This document shows positions 1 to 9,479 of a stretch of DNA of 42,696 nt, piece by piece. Source of the stretch: Candidatus Woesearchaeota archaeon (GTDB taxonomy: Archaea > Nanobdellota > Nanobdellia > Pacearchaeales > GW2011-AR1). Below the pieces are notes generated by a model. That model had not been told where the DNA came from, did not search any database, and saw only the letters and a program-made list of their open reading frames with translations. The stretch's first letter is position 1. Each line of letters opens with the position of its first letter. Where the stretch lies: contig CAZUXN010000003.1 in the NCBI GenBank assembly GCA_964624735.1, forward strand, positions 1 to 42,696, given 5' to 3'. Made by a program: the position numbers and the translations under genes.

Positions 1-593
1 TGCCGACGACGGGGCTTGTGAGTTGGTGGAAGTTTGATGGTGATGCGACGGATAGTTGGGGGGATAATGATGGTACGCTGATGGGGGATGCGAATACCGA
101 TGGGAACGTTTTGAATTTGGATGGGGATGGGGATTGGGTGAATTGTGGTGATATTTTAAGGTTTGAAACTGGAGATTTTAGTGTTGCTTTTTGGGTAAAA
201 TATACTTCTGGAACATGGGCGTTTATAACTAAAGGATGGGCAGCTCATGCACTCAATGGTTGGGGTATTTGGCGGAGTGGTGGAGATTCGATTAGTGTTG
301 CTTTACAAGATATATCTGCTTCGGCTTCTTTCCCTATGGTAGATACATGGGCTTTTGTTGTTGTTACTTTTGACCGTGATGATTTTGGGAAGATTTATAT
401 TGATAGTGTTTTGGGAAATAGTTTTGATATTTCTAGCAGACAGACAATTATTGGTACTACAGACTTGTTATTTATTGGTAGGTATGGAACGGTTTCAGAA
501 TTGAAAGGGATATTTGATAATGTGATGATTTATGATAAAGTTCTTTCCGATGATGAAGTGAAGGCGATTTATGAGATTCAGGGGAAGAGTTAG
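1..593 (+). CDS. LamG / concanavalin-A-like lectin domain, C-terminal end of a larger surface protein (5' partial)
   Basis: The frame stays open back to nt 3, so the GTG at 18 is probably internal. WKFDGDATDSWGDNDGTL..GDFSVAFWVK..TWAFVVVTFD..KIYIDS..FIGR..FDNVMIYDKVLSDDEV follows the LamG-type jelly-roll pattern. Confidence 0.7.
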   Translation, partial: PTTGLVSWWKFDGDATDSWGDNDGTLMGDANTDGNVLNLDGDGDWVNCGDILRFETGDFSVAFWVKYTSGTWAFITKGWAAHALNGWGIWRSGGDSISVALQDISASASFPMVDTWAFVVVTFDRDDFGKIYIDSVLGNSFDISSRQTIIGTTDLLFIGRYGTVSELKGIFDNVMIYDKVLSDDEVKAIYEIQGKS

Positions 594-606
594 AGTGGGA
601 AGTAAA

Positions 607-614
607 TTTATAAA
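607..614 (+). promoter_or_regulatory. TATA box TTTATAAA
   Basis: Ends 22 nt before ATG 636. The same box and spacing recur before many genes in this window. Confidence 0.6.
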
Positions 615-635
615 GTAGGTAGTTGTTTTATTGTT

Positions 636-1100
636 ATGAAAGAGGTTGTGAGGAGGTATTTTGGTTGGAAATGGTTTTTGGTTCTTGGGATTTTGGTTGT
701 TTTTATTGGGGGTGGTTGGTTTTTGTTTTTTAGTTATGCGGAGTGTGATAGTTGGGATTGTTTTAATAAAAATTTGAAAGATTGTAGTAAGGTGAAATTT
801 GTTGGGGGGACAGATATGATTTTTGGATACACGATTAAAGGAGTTTCTGATGAGGGGTGTGAGGTTGATGTTGAGCTTTTGCAAGGAGAATTGAATAATC
901 AAGATTCGATTAAGCTGGAACGTCAGAAGATGACTTGTGTTTTGCCGAGGGGTGTTGTGATGATTCCAGAGAGTAATATTGGGAATTGTCATGGATTGTT
1001 GAAAGAGGGTTTGCAGGATTTGGTGATAAAGAAGTTGCATACTTACATTGTTCAGAATCTTGGGCAGATTAATTTGGAGATACTTGAGGTTCCGAGTTAG
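636..1100 (+). CDS. hypothetical membrane-anchored Cys-containing protein
   Basis: 154-aa ORF with an N-terminal hydrophobic anchor (WFLVLGILVVFIGGGWFLFF), 6 Cys in the ectodomain, and a TATA box at the canonical distance. Confidence 0.6.
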   Translation: MKEVVRRYFGWKWFLVLGILVVFIGGGWFLFFSYAECDSWDCFNKNLKDCSKVKFVGGTDMIFGYTIKGVSDEGCEVDVELLQGELNNQDSIKLERQKMTCVLPRGVVMIPESNIGNCHGLLKEGLQDLVIKKLHTYIVQNLGQINLEILEVPS

Positions 1101-1102
1101 GG

Positions 1103-1372
1103 TTATAATTCGAATTCATTGATGAAGCTGATTATCGTTTTGTATTTTTCCAGGAATTGATGTCCTTTGTCGGTGAGAGATGTAGTTTTGTTTTCTTTGT
1201 GGCTGATTTCTTTTATGAGATTTTTGTTTAATAATTCGAAATAATATTCTTTGAATCTTGTGGACGATATATTTGATTGTCTTATTAGCGGAGTTATTTT
1301 TATGGAGTTGCGATTTTCATGAATTATTGAGAGTATGTCTTTTATTATTTCTAATTTTCCTCTTTTTGTCAT
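1103..1372 (-). CDS. winged-helix DNA-binding protein (archaeal HTH_45-like)
   Basis: MTKRGKLEIIKDILSII..IKITPLIRQSNISSTRFKEYYFELLNKNLI..LTDKGHQFLEKY fits the small archaeal wHTH regulator pattern. The ORF extends to 1414, but Met15 (1372) abuts the upstream gene stop. Confidence 0.6.
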   Translation of the reverse strand: MTKRGKLEIIKDILSIIHENRNSIKITPLIRQSNISSTRFKEYYFELLNKNLIKEISHKENKTTSLTDKGHQFLEKYKTIISFINEFEL

Positions 1373-1373
1373 T

Positions 1374-2105
1374 TTAATCGGTTCCGGTATTTTTGATAAC
1401 TCTGTATAAAACAAGTAAAAATACTAATGTAGATGCCAGATAGATAAATAGTTGAAATCCTTGGAAAAATTTTGGAATTAAAGTGTCTATGATATTGAGC
1501 ACCCAGAATAGAGAAAGAAGGATATAAGTCAAGTAAAGATGATGTTTTCTTTTTTTGTTCTTTTTATATTGATGAGAGATTTGAATAATGAAAATGACGA
1601 CGAAAAGCAGGAAAAGATTTAATCCCAAATAAACTATTGGATTTCTTGACAAGATGCTTATCAGGGCGATGATTAGGGCGAGGACATGGAATAAATAAAT
1701 TTTGTGTGGGTTATTATTCCATTTTTGTATTACGCTGTAAAGAAGATAAAAAATTGCCATTGAGCTAAAGTATACAAATAAAAATTGAGTTGTTAATCCT
1801 GTAATTCCAAATGTTATTGGGGAGAGTTCCAGTATTCCATTAATGTCAAAATAAATAACTATGAATTTTATGAATCCCCTGAAGAAATAGGCAATTGCAA
1901 AAAATAAAAATGCTTGTCTGAAATATTTTATTCCTTTGTGTGAGCTTAGTTTGTAAAGTTCTTTGGTGCCAAAGTAGATTATTAAACTGCAAACGATTAT
2001 GATAAATGAATAGAATAATTCTGTCCCTAATCCCAAACCAATTAAGTTGGTTAATTCTTTTTTCCCAATGTTTTTGAAAATAATTCTTCCTGTTGATATG
2101 GGCAT
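1374..2105 (-). CDS. polytopic membrane protein, unknown function
   Basis: 243-aa ORF with about 7 hydrophobic segments and a KKNKKRKHH loop. No recognisable family. Confidence 0.55.
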   Translation of the reverse strand: MPISTGRIIFKNIGKKELTNLIGLGLGTELFYSFIIIVCSLIIYFGTKELYKLSSHKGIKYFRQAFLFFAIAYFFRGFIKFIVIYFDINGILELSPITFGITGLTTQFLFVYFSSMAIFYLLYSVIQKWNNNPHKIYLFHVLALIIALISILSRNPIVYLGLNLFLLFVVIFIIQISHQYKKNKKRKHHLYLTYILLSLFWVLNIIDTLIPKFFQGFQLFIYLASTLVFLLVLYRVIKNTGTD

Positions 2106-2199
2106 TTTATCTTGTATAAGATAGATGTGTGGATTTATAAGAATGATGGACGTAAAATTTAAAGAGATATGTTTAATAATTTGAATTCTATATTTTATT

Positions 2200-2502
2200 A
2201 TGAAAAAACGTTTATTTTTGTTGATTGTTTTGCTGGTTGTTGCTCTGATTTTTTTTGCAAATTTAATTTTTCATTTGGTTTATTTTGTCGAGTTTCATAA
2301 ACATATAACTCCGCTTAATGAGGCAGATAGAGAGAAGGCAATAAATATTCTCAATAAAAATATCGGCGTTGGCGATTATAAAATAAATGGTTTTAATGCT
2401 TATCCGTCGAGGGGCAGGGTTAATGTCGAAGTGATAAACGGGAGTTTGAAGAAGCATTATATTTTGGATTTAAATGAGGAGAGGGTTGTAAAAAAGATAT
2501 GA
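2200..2502 (+). CDS. small N-terminally anchored protein, unknown function
   Basis: 100 aa with a signal/anchor MKKRLFLLIVLLVVALIFF. Has a 4-nt overlap with the next gene. Confidence 0.5.
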   Translation: MKKRLFLLIVLLVVALIFFANLIFHLVYFVEFHKHITPLNEADREKAINILNKNIGVGDYKINGFNAYPSRGRVNVEVINGSLKKHYILDLNEERVVKKI

Positions 2503-3206
2503 GAAGTTCTAAGAAGAAATTTTTATTGTTTCTTATTTTTGTGGTTGTTTCGGTTGTCGTCTGTATTTTGTCCGGATATTTTGGATTGAATTCTTCTTCG
2601 ATAGATTTATTTGTTTCGTTAAATTCTTTTTTTGCGGGGTTTTTGTATTCGCTGGTGTTTATTGTGCTTGCTTCGTTTTCGTTTTCGGTGAGTGTTATGA
2701 CGGGATTGGGTGCGCTGATTTTTCCCCTTCCGGAGCTTGTGGTTTATGCGATGGTTGGAATTCTTGGTAGTTCTGTTGTTGATTTTTATATTGCAAGAAA
2801 ACTTGGGAGAGATTATGTGCAGAAGTATCTTAAGCGACGAGGTGATAGTTTAGAAAAATTTGACGAGGTCGTTGAGAAAAGTCCTTTCAAGACAATTTTT
2901 ATTTTGAGCACGATATTTTTTGTTCCGCCGACGGTTCCAAATTTTCTTGGGGGAATCATGAAAATTAATTTGAGAGATTATTCTTTCGCTACTTTTTTGG
3001 GGAATCTCCCAAATACTTTTTTTACAGTTTATTTAATTAATGGAATAATTTATTCAAATTATTTTCAAATATATTTTTCGATTGTTTGCCTGGTTGTTGT
3101 AACTGCTGTTGCTTTGTTTTTTTATCGAGGGGAAATTGGAGAAATTTTGAGAATTAGTTTCCCGAGAATTTTTGGACGGTTGAGAAATTCAAGTAGTTTG
3201 GTTTAA
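2499..3206 (+). CDS. TVP38/TMEM64 (DedA-related) family membrane protein
   Basis: Multi-TM protein carrying the family-typical FFVPPTVPNFLGGIMKINLRDYSFATFLGNLP segment. Confidence 0.7.
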   Translation: MRSSKKKFLLFLIFVVVSVVVCILSGYFGLNSSSIDLFVSLNSFFAGFLYSLVFIVLASFSFSVSVMTGLGALIFPLPELVVYAMVGILGSSVVDFYIARKLGRDYVQKYLKRRGDSLEKFDEVVEKSPFKTIFILSTIFFVPPTVPNFLGGIMKINLRDYSFATFLGNLPNTFFTVYLINGIIYSNYFQIYFSIVCLVVVTAVALFFYRGEIGEILRISFPRIFGRLRNSSSLV

Positions 3207-3270
3207 ATTTGAATTTTGTTTGTAGATTTTAAGTCCACATTGTTTAAAAATGGGAAATTTATAAAAGAAT

Positions 3271-3981
3271 ATGGAGCCCGTGATTGTTCTTGATGATGTT
3301 TGGAAAAGATACGATATGGGTAAAGCTGGTGGGTTGACAGTTTTAAAGGAAATTGATTTGAAGGTTGAGCGAGGAGAATTTGTCGCTGTTGTTGGTCCGA
3401 GTGGAAGCGGGAAAAGCACGATGGTGAATATGATTGGTGCTCTTGATATTCCTTCTTATGGAACGATTTATCTTGATGAGAAAGATATAGGGAAAATGAA
3501 AGAGTCGTCTTTGGTGAAATTACGAAGTAAGAAAGTTGGATTTATTTTTCAGCAATTTAATTTAATACATACTTTGAGTGCACTCCAGAATGTAATGCTC
3601 CCAATGGAAATTGTTGATACTTCTGAGAAAATTGCGAGAGATAGGGCGACGAAGCTTTTGGTGAAGTTAGGTTTAGGGAACCGTCTTAATCATAAACCGA
3701 ATGAATTATCTGGTGGGCAACAACAAAGAGTTGCGATTGCTCGGAGCTTAGCGAATGACCCTGAAGTTATTCTTGCTGACGAGCCGACTGGAAATCTTGA
3801 TAGCAAGACTGGGAAGTTTGTGATGGATTTTCTTGGGAAATTAAATGGCGAGGGGAAAACTGTTGTGATTGTTACTCATGATTTAAATTTGGTTCAGTAT
3901 GCCAAGAGAGTTATTTATGTGATGGATGGAAGGATTGAGAAAAGTATTAAAAGTAAAGAAACCCATAGGGGGAAGAGATGA
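3271..3981 (+). CDS. ABC transporter ATP-binding protein (MacB/LolD-type)
   Basis: Walker [10 protein letters not shown], signature [15 protein letters not shown], Walker [14 protein letters not shown]-loop VTHD. Confidence 0.95.
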   Translation: MEPVIVLDDVWKRYDMGKAGGLTVLKEIDLKVERGEFVAVVGPSGSGKSTMVNMIGALDIPSYGTIYLDEKDIGKMKESSLVKLRSKKVGFIFQQFNLIHTLSALQNVMLPMEIVDTSEKIARDRATKLLVKLGLGNRLNHKPNELSGGQQQRVAIARSLANDPEVILADEPTGNLDSKTGKFVMDFLGKLNGEGKTVVIVTHDLNLVQYAKRVIYVMDGRIEKSIKSKETHRGKR

Positions 3982-4979
3982 GGAGTCGATTTATTTTAAT
4001 TTTTGTGATGTTGTTTTTTTTAATAAATATTATTTCTGCGGAGGAGGTTTTGAATTATTCATATAATTATGATTATGATGGTACTCAGATAACTCAGTTG
4101 AGGTACGAGCCTTATCCTGTAAGTCCGGGAGAATATTTTGATGTCTGGATTAAAGCTTCTTTGGGGAACTCGGTGGATTATGCGAAGTTTGAATTGATTG
4201 ATAGTTTCCCGTTTAGTGTTGATGAAAATGAAAATCCCGTTAGAGAGTATAAGGATGTGAGTTCTTTTGAGGTTGTTATGCATTATAAGATTCGGGTGAG
4301 TAAGGATGCTGTTGAGGGGGAAAATGAACTTAAATTAAAATATATGAATAGTAAATTAAATTCAGGGGTTATTAGTTCTTTTCCGATAGAAGTTTCAAAT
4401 GTACAGACGGATTTTGATTTGGTTGTGCAGGAATCTTCCGGGACGGATGTTTCGATTGCGATTGCGAATACGGGCGTGAATACTGCGAATTCTTTGATAG
4501 TTAGAATTCCGGAGCAGGAAAATTATAGAATTTCGGGGACTAATGGGCAGATGGTTGGGAATCTTGATTCAGGGGATTATACTATTGTTAGTTTTAGTTT
4601 GGCACAAGTCGGGAGGGGTAAGGGAAGTGATTTACAGGTTCAGCTTGATTATACGGATAGTATAGGAGGAAGGAGAAGTGTTGTGAAAAATGTCCAATTC
4701 GTTTCTGCTTCTCCGATAAATATAACTGGGCAAGTTATCGGTGGGAATTTTCAAAGGGGTAGTTTTACGACGACGCAACAGAGTAGTAGTATATTCAAGA
4801 GTTTTTGGTTGGTAATTATTTTTATTGCAGGGGGAGGATATTGGTATCATAGAAAGTATCACGGAAAGATAAAGAAATTATTTTTTGGGTTGAAGTTGGG
4901 GTTGAAAAAAACTGAAGGTGAAAAAAATTCTAAGGGAGTTCCGGATTGGGTTTTGGCTGAAAGGACGAAGAGGAAGTAA
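3978..4979 (+). CDS. exported surface protein with C-terminal TM anchor, encoded between the ABC ATPase and permease
   Basis: N-terminal signal-like segment (FILIFVMLFFLINIISA), beta-rich body, C-terminal TM (FWLVIIFIAGGGYWY) followed by a basic tail. Start and stop overlap or abut the neighbouring genes. Confidence 0.7.
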   Translation: MRSRFILIFVMLFFLINIISAEEVLNYSYNYDYDGTQITQLRYEPYPVSPGEYFDVWIKASLGNSVDYAKFELIDSFPFSVDENENPVREYKDVSSFEVVMHYKIRVSKDAVEGENELKLKYMNSKLNSGVISSFPIEVSNVQTDFDLVVQESSGTDVSIAIANTGVNTANSLIVRIPEQENYRISGTNGQMVGNLDSGDYTIVSFSLAQVGRGKGSDLQVQLDYTDSIGGRRSVVKNVQFVSASPINITGQVIGGNFQRGSFTTTQQSSSIFKSFWLVIIFIAGGGYWYHRKYHGKIKKLFFGLKLGLKKTEGEKNSKGVPDWVLAERTKRK

Positions 4980-4981
4980 TT

Positions 4982-6241
4982 ATGAAAACAAGAAAGGCGT
5001 TTCAACTTTCGCTTAACATGTTGATACATAGTAAGTTGAGAAGTTATCTGACGATTATCGGGATTGTGATTGGGATTGCGGCAGTTGTCTCGATTGTTTC
5101 TGTTAGCCAGGGGGCACAGCAGCAGTTGCAGGAAAGTTTGGGAAATTTGGGAGCGGATGTTTTGACGATTAGTCCTGGTGCTTCGCGGGCGATAGGTTCA
5201 GGAGGAGGGTTTCGAATTCGTATTGATGGCGGGGATTTCGGGGGTTCTTCGTCGTCGGAACAAAAGAACCTTACGACAAAAGATGTAATTGTTTTGAAGG
5301 GGGTTTCAAATATTGAGTTTGTAATGGGGACGGTTTCGGGAAGAGCGGATGTGACTTATTTGAGTAAATCGTCGACGGTAAATGTTGAAGGAGTTAATGC
5401 GGAAGTGTGGAAAGATTTTATCACGACGGGGTTGAGTTCGGGGAGATATTTGATACAAGGGGATTCGAATTCGGTTGTTGTCGGTTATCGTGTCGCGAAT
5501 TCTGTTTTTGATGGGATGCAAATAAACAGGCAGATTACGATAGAGGGGAAAATTTTCAAGATTGTCGGTGTGCTGGAACAGAGCGGGAGTGTTGATTCAA
5601 ATATTTATATGCCGATTTTGATGGCTCGTGACGTTATTGATAATATTGGGGATGAAAAGTTTAGTTCTATTTCTGTAAAAATAAAAGATGTGGATTTGAC
5701 GAATGAGACGGTTACGGAGATAACTCAGAAATTGATGTTGTCTCGTGGGATTCTCCAGACGAAGAATGTTGATTTTAGTGTGTCAAATCCTGCAGAGATT
5801 CAGGCGACGGTTAGTTCTTCGCTTAATTCGATTTCATTATTTTTGGCGGCTATTGCGGCAATTTCCTTGATTGTCGGGGCGGTCGGCATAGCGAATACAA
5901 TGTTTACTTCTGTGATGGAGAAGACGAGAGAGATTGGAATATTGAAGGCGATTGGCGCGCAGAATAAGGATATACTTGTCATATTTTTGTTTAGTTCGGG
6001 TTTGCTGGGACTGATAGGAGGAATTGGTGGGATTATCCTTGGTGTTTTTGGTGCGGGTATTATTGGAAGTTTGGCGAGTGGTTCGTTTGGGAGGTTATCG
6101 TTTAGTTCGACCTATTTTAGTCCGACGTTGATAATTGCGGCGTTTTTACTTTCGATATTTATAGGAATGATTGCGGGGGCGATACCGGCGTATAGGGCGT
6201 CGAGGTTAAAGCCGGTTGATGCGTTGATGAGATATGAATGA
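4982..6241 (+). CDS. ABC transporter permease, FtsX/MacB family
   Basis: N-terminal TM, large extracytoplasmic domain, and a C-terminal FtsX block with the REIGILKAIGA motif and 3 TM segments. Confidence 0.9.
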   Translation: MKTRKAFQLSLNMLIHSKLRSYLTIIGIVIGIAAVVSIVSVSQGAQQQLQESLGNLGADVLTISPGASRAIGSGGGFRIRIDGGDFGGSSSSEQKNLTTKDVIVLKGVSNIEFVMGTVSGRADVTYLSKSSTVNVEGVNAEVWKDFITTGLSSGRYLIQGDSNSVVVGYRVANSVFDGMQINRQITIEGKIFKIVGVLEQSGSVDSNIYMPILMARDVIDNIGDEKFSSISVKIKDVDLTNETVTEITQKLMLSRGILQTKNVDFSVSNPAEIQATVSSSLNSISLFLAAIAAISLIVGAVGIANTMFTSVMEKTREIGILKAIGAQNKDILVIFLFSSGLLGLIGGIGGIILGVFGAGIIGSLASGSFGRLSFSSTYFSPTLIIAAFLLSIFIGMIAGAIPAYRASRLKPVDALMRYE

Positions 6242-6260
6242 TGTTGTGCAAGTGGAAATG

Positions 6261-6268
6261 TTTAAATT
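6261..6268 (+). promoter_or_regulatory. TATA box TTTAAATT
   Basis: Ends 22 nt before ATG 6290. This favours 6290 over the ORF-track start at 6275. Confidence 0.55.
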
Positions 6269-6289
6269 GTTTGTTTGTGTTTTAATTTT

Positions 6290-7117
6290 ATGTCTAAGAT
6301 AAAGTTTGGTCCGACGGGGATTGGGTCGGTTGGGGAGGCGGTTGCGAATTTGGAGATGTATGCTAAGTTAGGGTTTCGGGTGGCGGAGGTTTTGTTTACT
6401 TATGGGGTTTATATTAAAGAGAGGGAGGATGCTTTGAGGATTGGGCGGGTCGCGAAGAAGTTGGGGATTTATCTTTCTGTTCATGCGCCGTATTGGATTA
6501 ATTTGAATTCGAAGGACGAGAAGAAAGTTGAGATGTCGAAGAAGAGGATTTTGAAATGTTGCGAAGTCGCGTCGTGGCTTGGGGCGAAGCGAGTTGTTTT
6601 TCATCCTGGATACTATACTTCGATTTCTTCGAAGTTGAAGTCGCCTGTCGCTGGTCGCCTGTCGCTGGTCGCTGGAGAAAGTTATCAGAAAATTAAAGAG
6701 GGTATAGTTGAGATGATGGAGGTTATTAAGAAAGAGAAGTGGGATGTTGAGTTGTGTCCGGAGGTTATGGGGAAGGTGAATGTTTTTGGATCGATTGATG
6801 AGGTTGGTCGGTTGGTTCGCGAGACTGGGTGTTCTGCTTGTATTGATGTTGCTCATGTTTTGGCGAGGTATGGTTCTTATAAATTTTCTGAGATTGAGAA
6901 GGTGTTTAAGATGGAGAATTGGCATGTGCATTTTTCTGGGATTGAGTTTGGCGAGAAGGGTGAAAAGAAGCATTTGGTGACGCCTTTGTCTGAGTGGAAG
7001 AAGGTGTTGGGGTTTTTGAAGAAGTTGGATAAAGATGTTGTTTTGATTTGTGAAAGCCCCGACGCTGTTTCTGATAGCGTTGTTGGGATGAGAGTTTGGG
7101 ATGAGATGAATGCTTGA
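6290..7117 (+). CDS. nfo: endonuclease IV-like AP endonuclease (xylose-isomerase-like TIM barrel)
   Basis: HAPYWINLNS, RVVFHPGYY, CPEVMGK, CIDVAHV and WHVHFSGIEFGEKGEKKHLV follow the Endo IV metal-ligand block order. Carries an in-frame repeat insert. Confidence 0.7.
   Translation: MSKIKFGPTGIGSVGEAVANLEMYAKLGFRVAEVLFTYGVYIKEREDALRIGRVAKKLGIYLSVHAPYWINLNSKDEKKVEMSKKRILKCCEVASWLGAKRVVFHPGYYTSISSKLKSPVAGRLSLVAGESYQKIKEGIVEMMEVIKKEKWDVELCPEVMGKVNVFGSIDEVGRLVRETGCSACIDVAHVLARYGSYKFSEIEKVFKMENWHVHFSGIEFGEKGEKKHLVTPLSEWKKVLGFLKKLDKDVVLICESPDAVSDSVVGMRVWDEMNA
6617..6674 (+). repeat. hairpin ACTTCGA-N5-TCGAAGT (6617-6635) followed by a 5x 7-nt array GTCGCCT/GTCGCTG (6640-6674), in-frame in the nfo-like gene
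   Basis: Read directly from the sequence. It encodes ..TSISSKLKSPVAGRLSLVAGES.. directly after the conserved FHPGYY block. Confidence 0.9.
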
Positions 7118-7128
7118 GTATAACAATC

Positions 7129-7136
7129 TTTATATA
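7129..7136 (+). promoter_or_regulatory. TATA box TTTATATA
   Basis: Ends 23 nt before ATG 7159. Confidence 0.5.
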
Positions 7137-7158
7137 TAGATGTTGGACCTTTTTGTTT

Positions 7159-7713
7159 ATGATTGAAGCAGTAATTTTTGATGTTGGTGGGGTTTATATG
7201 GAAGGAAGTTTTATAGATTTTGTCAATAGGACTCGTAGGGCATTAGGGATTGATGGTATCTTTCATGCGGACAAAGAGGTGGTTTTCGATTCGGATTATA
7301 ATGCGGGATTGATTTCTGCAGAAGAATGTTTTAGGAAGTATTTTGGTGTTCCTATTTCTGATGAGCAGATGGAGGATCTTTTTGGTATATGGACGACTAC
7401 ATGGAAGCCGACGGATGAAATGTCTGATTTAGTTAAGAGATTAGGGATAAATAATAGACTGGCAATTCTTTCAAATTCTGATGCAGTTAATTCTGCAAAA
7501 TATACAGATATGGGATGGTACGATCCATTTGAGGTTTTAGTTTTGTCTCATGAGGAGGGGATAAATAAGCCTGATAAAAAAATTTATGAGATAGTTTTGG
7601 ACAGGTTGGGTCTGCCTGCTAAGAAATGTGTTTTTATTGATGATCAGATGGATGCATTGGTTTCTGCTAGGGAAATGGGTATGAAAACAATTTTGTATGA
7701 GAATGTTGTATAA
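7159..7713 (+). CDS. HAD-superfamily hydrolase (subfamily IA-like)
   Basis: Motif I variant AVIFDVGGVY, motif II ILSNS, motif IV FIDDQ. The start is placed at Met16 of the ORF (MIEAVIFD) on TATA spacing. Confidence 0.8.
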   Translation: MIEAVIFDVGGVYMEGSFIDFVNRTRRALGIDGIFHADKEVVFDSDYNAGLISAEECFRKYFGVPISDEQMEDLFGIWTTTWKPTDEMSDLVKRLGINNRLAILSNSDAVNSAKYTDMGWYDPFEVLVLSHEEGINKPDKKIYEIVLDRLGLPAKKCVFIDDQMDALVSAREMGMKTILYENVV

Positions 7714-7747
7714 TTGGAAAGAGAATTGGTTGCTTTGGGAGTTGAGA

Positions 7748-8017
7748 TTAATTGATTTGATTTTCTTTTTCTTTCTTCAAATCTTCTTTTTGTTGTTTTT
7801 CTTCTTCGAGCATTCGTGTTCGGAGTTCGGAGATTTTTTCTAGTATACGTTTTGCTTTGTCTGGGGAATCTCTTGCTGTGTTTAGGATGTATAGGATTTT
7901 TCTTAGGATGTCGTCGTAGGATTCGCCTTTTTGTTCTCGGAGTTTTTCAATTCTTAGTTTCGTTTCGTTTAGGAGTTTTATTGTTGTGATTTTCCTGGCT
8001 GTTTTTTTTGTTGTCAT
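7748..8017 (-). CDS. small ribbon-helix-helix-like DNA-binding protein with K/E-rich tail
   Basis: ITTIKLLNETKLRIEKLREQKGESYDDILRKIL resembles the N-terminus of the CDS at 25350 (TIAVKREIRDMINEFGNKGETYSDILVRIV). No partner toxin gene is adjacent. Confidence 0.5.
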   Translation of the reverse strand: MTTKKTARKITTIKLLNETKLRIEKLREQKGESYDDILRKILYILNTARDSPDKAKRILEKISELRTRMLEEEKQQKEDLKKEKENQIN

Positions 8018-8145
8018 TTTTTGTTACTCTTATTTACGATGTTTGGTATACGTGGGTATACTTTTTAAGTCTTTCGTCCTTATAAAATTACAACAATAGT
8101 AAGGTTTAAATAGCTTTCAGTTGTTGGGATTTTAACTAAATTAAT

Positions 8146-9399
8146 ATGGAAAAAATGAAAAGAAATTTGTTTTTAATTCCTTTTGTTGTAGTTATAACTT
8201 TGTTTGTTGTAAGTTTTGTTTCGGCCTTGGGTTATTCTTCGGCTGGGCTTGCGACTGATGTTGATGTGGAATTTAGCGATGTTGCATTAGGAGCTTCGAC
8301 TACTATGGTTGGTAATGTTGGCGATGTTGTTCCTGTACGGGTGACATTTAAGGCTTCTACCGACGAGAGTGACGTTAAGGTTAAGGTTTCTATGGAAGGT
8401 TATCGTGATGACGTTTCTGCTTCGACGAGTAGGTTTGATATTGAAGATAATAATATCTATACCAAGCTTTTGAGTTTGAAATTGCCTTCTGATTCCAGTG
8501 AATTGTCCGAGGAGTATACTCTTTATGTTGAGATTGTTTCTAAGGACGAGAGGACCGAGAAGGAGTATACTATTAGTATTCAGAGAGAATCTTATACTAT
8601 CGAAGTTTTGACTACTGATTATTCTTCGAGAGTTTCGGCTGGAGATATTGTCCCGGTTTCTGTTGTTGTTAAGAACAATGGTTACGATAGGTTGGATGAT
8701 GTTTATGTCAAGGTTTCTATTCCTGCCTTAGCGATTTTTTCGCGAGGGTATGTTGGAGATATGGTTCCTACTGAAGATTGTGTCTTGTACGAAGATGACG
8801 ATAACATTGTTGTGAGCAATTGCGATGATGACGATGAAGATTCCATGGAAGAAATTGTTTTCTTGAAGATTCCTGAGAGCGCCAAGAGTGGTGTTTATGA
8901 GATGGAAATCGAGGCTTACAATAGGGACGCTGAGACCGTTGTTACTAAGTTGATTAGTATTGGCGATTCGACTTCGACCATGGTTTTGGCTGCTGCGAAG
9001 AATAAGGATTTGAATGCTGGAGAGACAGTGACTTATGATTTGGTTATTGTTAATTCCGCAGATAGTATTAGAGTTTTCAATATTGAATCTGTTTCTGGTA
9101 GCGTTTTGAGTGTTTCAGTTCCTTCAGTAGTTACTGTTGGCCCTGATTCCAGCGAGACTGTTGCTATTGCGGTAACTGCGGCTGACGATGCTGCTATTGG
9201 AACTTATACTTTCTCTGTTGGTGTTAATGGTGAGCAAACTGTTTTTGGCGCGAATGTTGTCGGCGAGAGTGTCTCAACATCTGTTGTTGCTTTAACGGTA
9301 GTCCTTGTGATTATCTTTGTTGTGCTCCTTGCTGTTCTGGTTGTTCTTCTTACACGAAAGGAAAAACCGATTGACGAAGTAGAAACTAGTTATTACTAG
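8146..9399 (+). CDS. secreted S-layer/CARDB-like surface protein with C-terminal TM anchor
   Basis: Signal-like N-terminus, repeated beta-rich modules, an acidic run DDDDEDS, and a C-terminal TM (VVALTVVLVIIFVVLLAVLVVLL) followed by TRKEK. Confidence 0.75.
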   Translation: MEKMKRNLFLIPFVVVITLFVVSFVSALGYSSAGLATDVDVEFSDVALGASTTMVGNVGDVVPVRVTFKASTDESDVKVKVSMEGYRDDVSASTSRFDIEDNNIYTKLLSLKLPSDSSELSEEYTLYVEIVSKDERTEKEYTISIQRESYTIEVLTTDYSSRVSAGDIVPVSVVVKNNGYDRLDDVYVKVSIPALAIFSRGYVGDMVPTEDCVLYEDDDNIVVSNCDDDDEDSMEEIVFLKIPESAKSGVYEMEIEAYNRDAETVVTKLISIGDSTSTMVLAAAKNKDLNAGETVTYDLVIVNSADSIRVFNIESVSGSVLSVSVPSVVTVGPDSSETVAIAVTAADDAAIGTYTFSVGVNGEQTVFGANVVGESVSTSVVALTVVLVIIFVVLLAVLVVLLTRKEKPIDEVETSYY

Positions 9400-9408
9400 T
9401 TATATTAA

Positions 9409-9427
9409 TTTTTTATTTTTTATTTTT
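9409..9427 (+). terminator. oligo-T tracts (T6, T6, T5) downstream of the surface-protein gene
   Basis: TTTTTTATTTTTTATTTTT begins 10 nt after the stop at 9399. Archaeal terminators are typically T-runs. Confidence 0.45.
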
Positions 9428-9479
9428 AATATATTTTGAGAGAAGGGGTGGTTTTAAGGTTTGGGTGATTGGAGTGAAG

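Noticed and set aside
8045-8061. GGTATAC-GTG-GGTATAC upstream of the RHH gene, and GGTATA..GTATACC at 26635-26661, as a shared regulator motif.
   Set aside because: Both overlap the positions where TATA boxes are expected for the minus-strand genes. There are only two loci, and a 6-7-mer containing TATA in an AT-rich genome is not significant by itself. It is kept only as a possible operator note in the MPxCGFNE finding.
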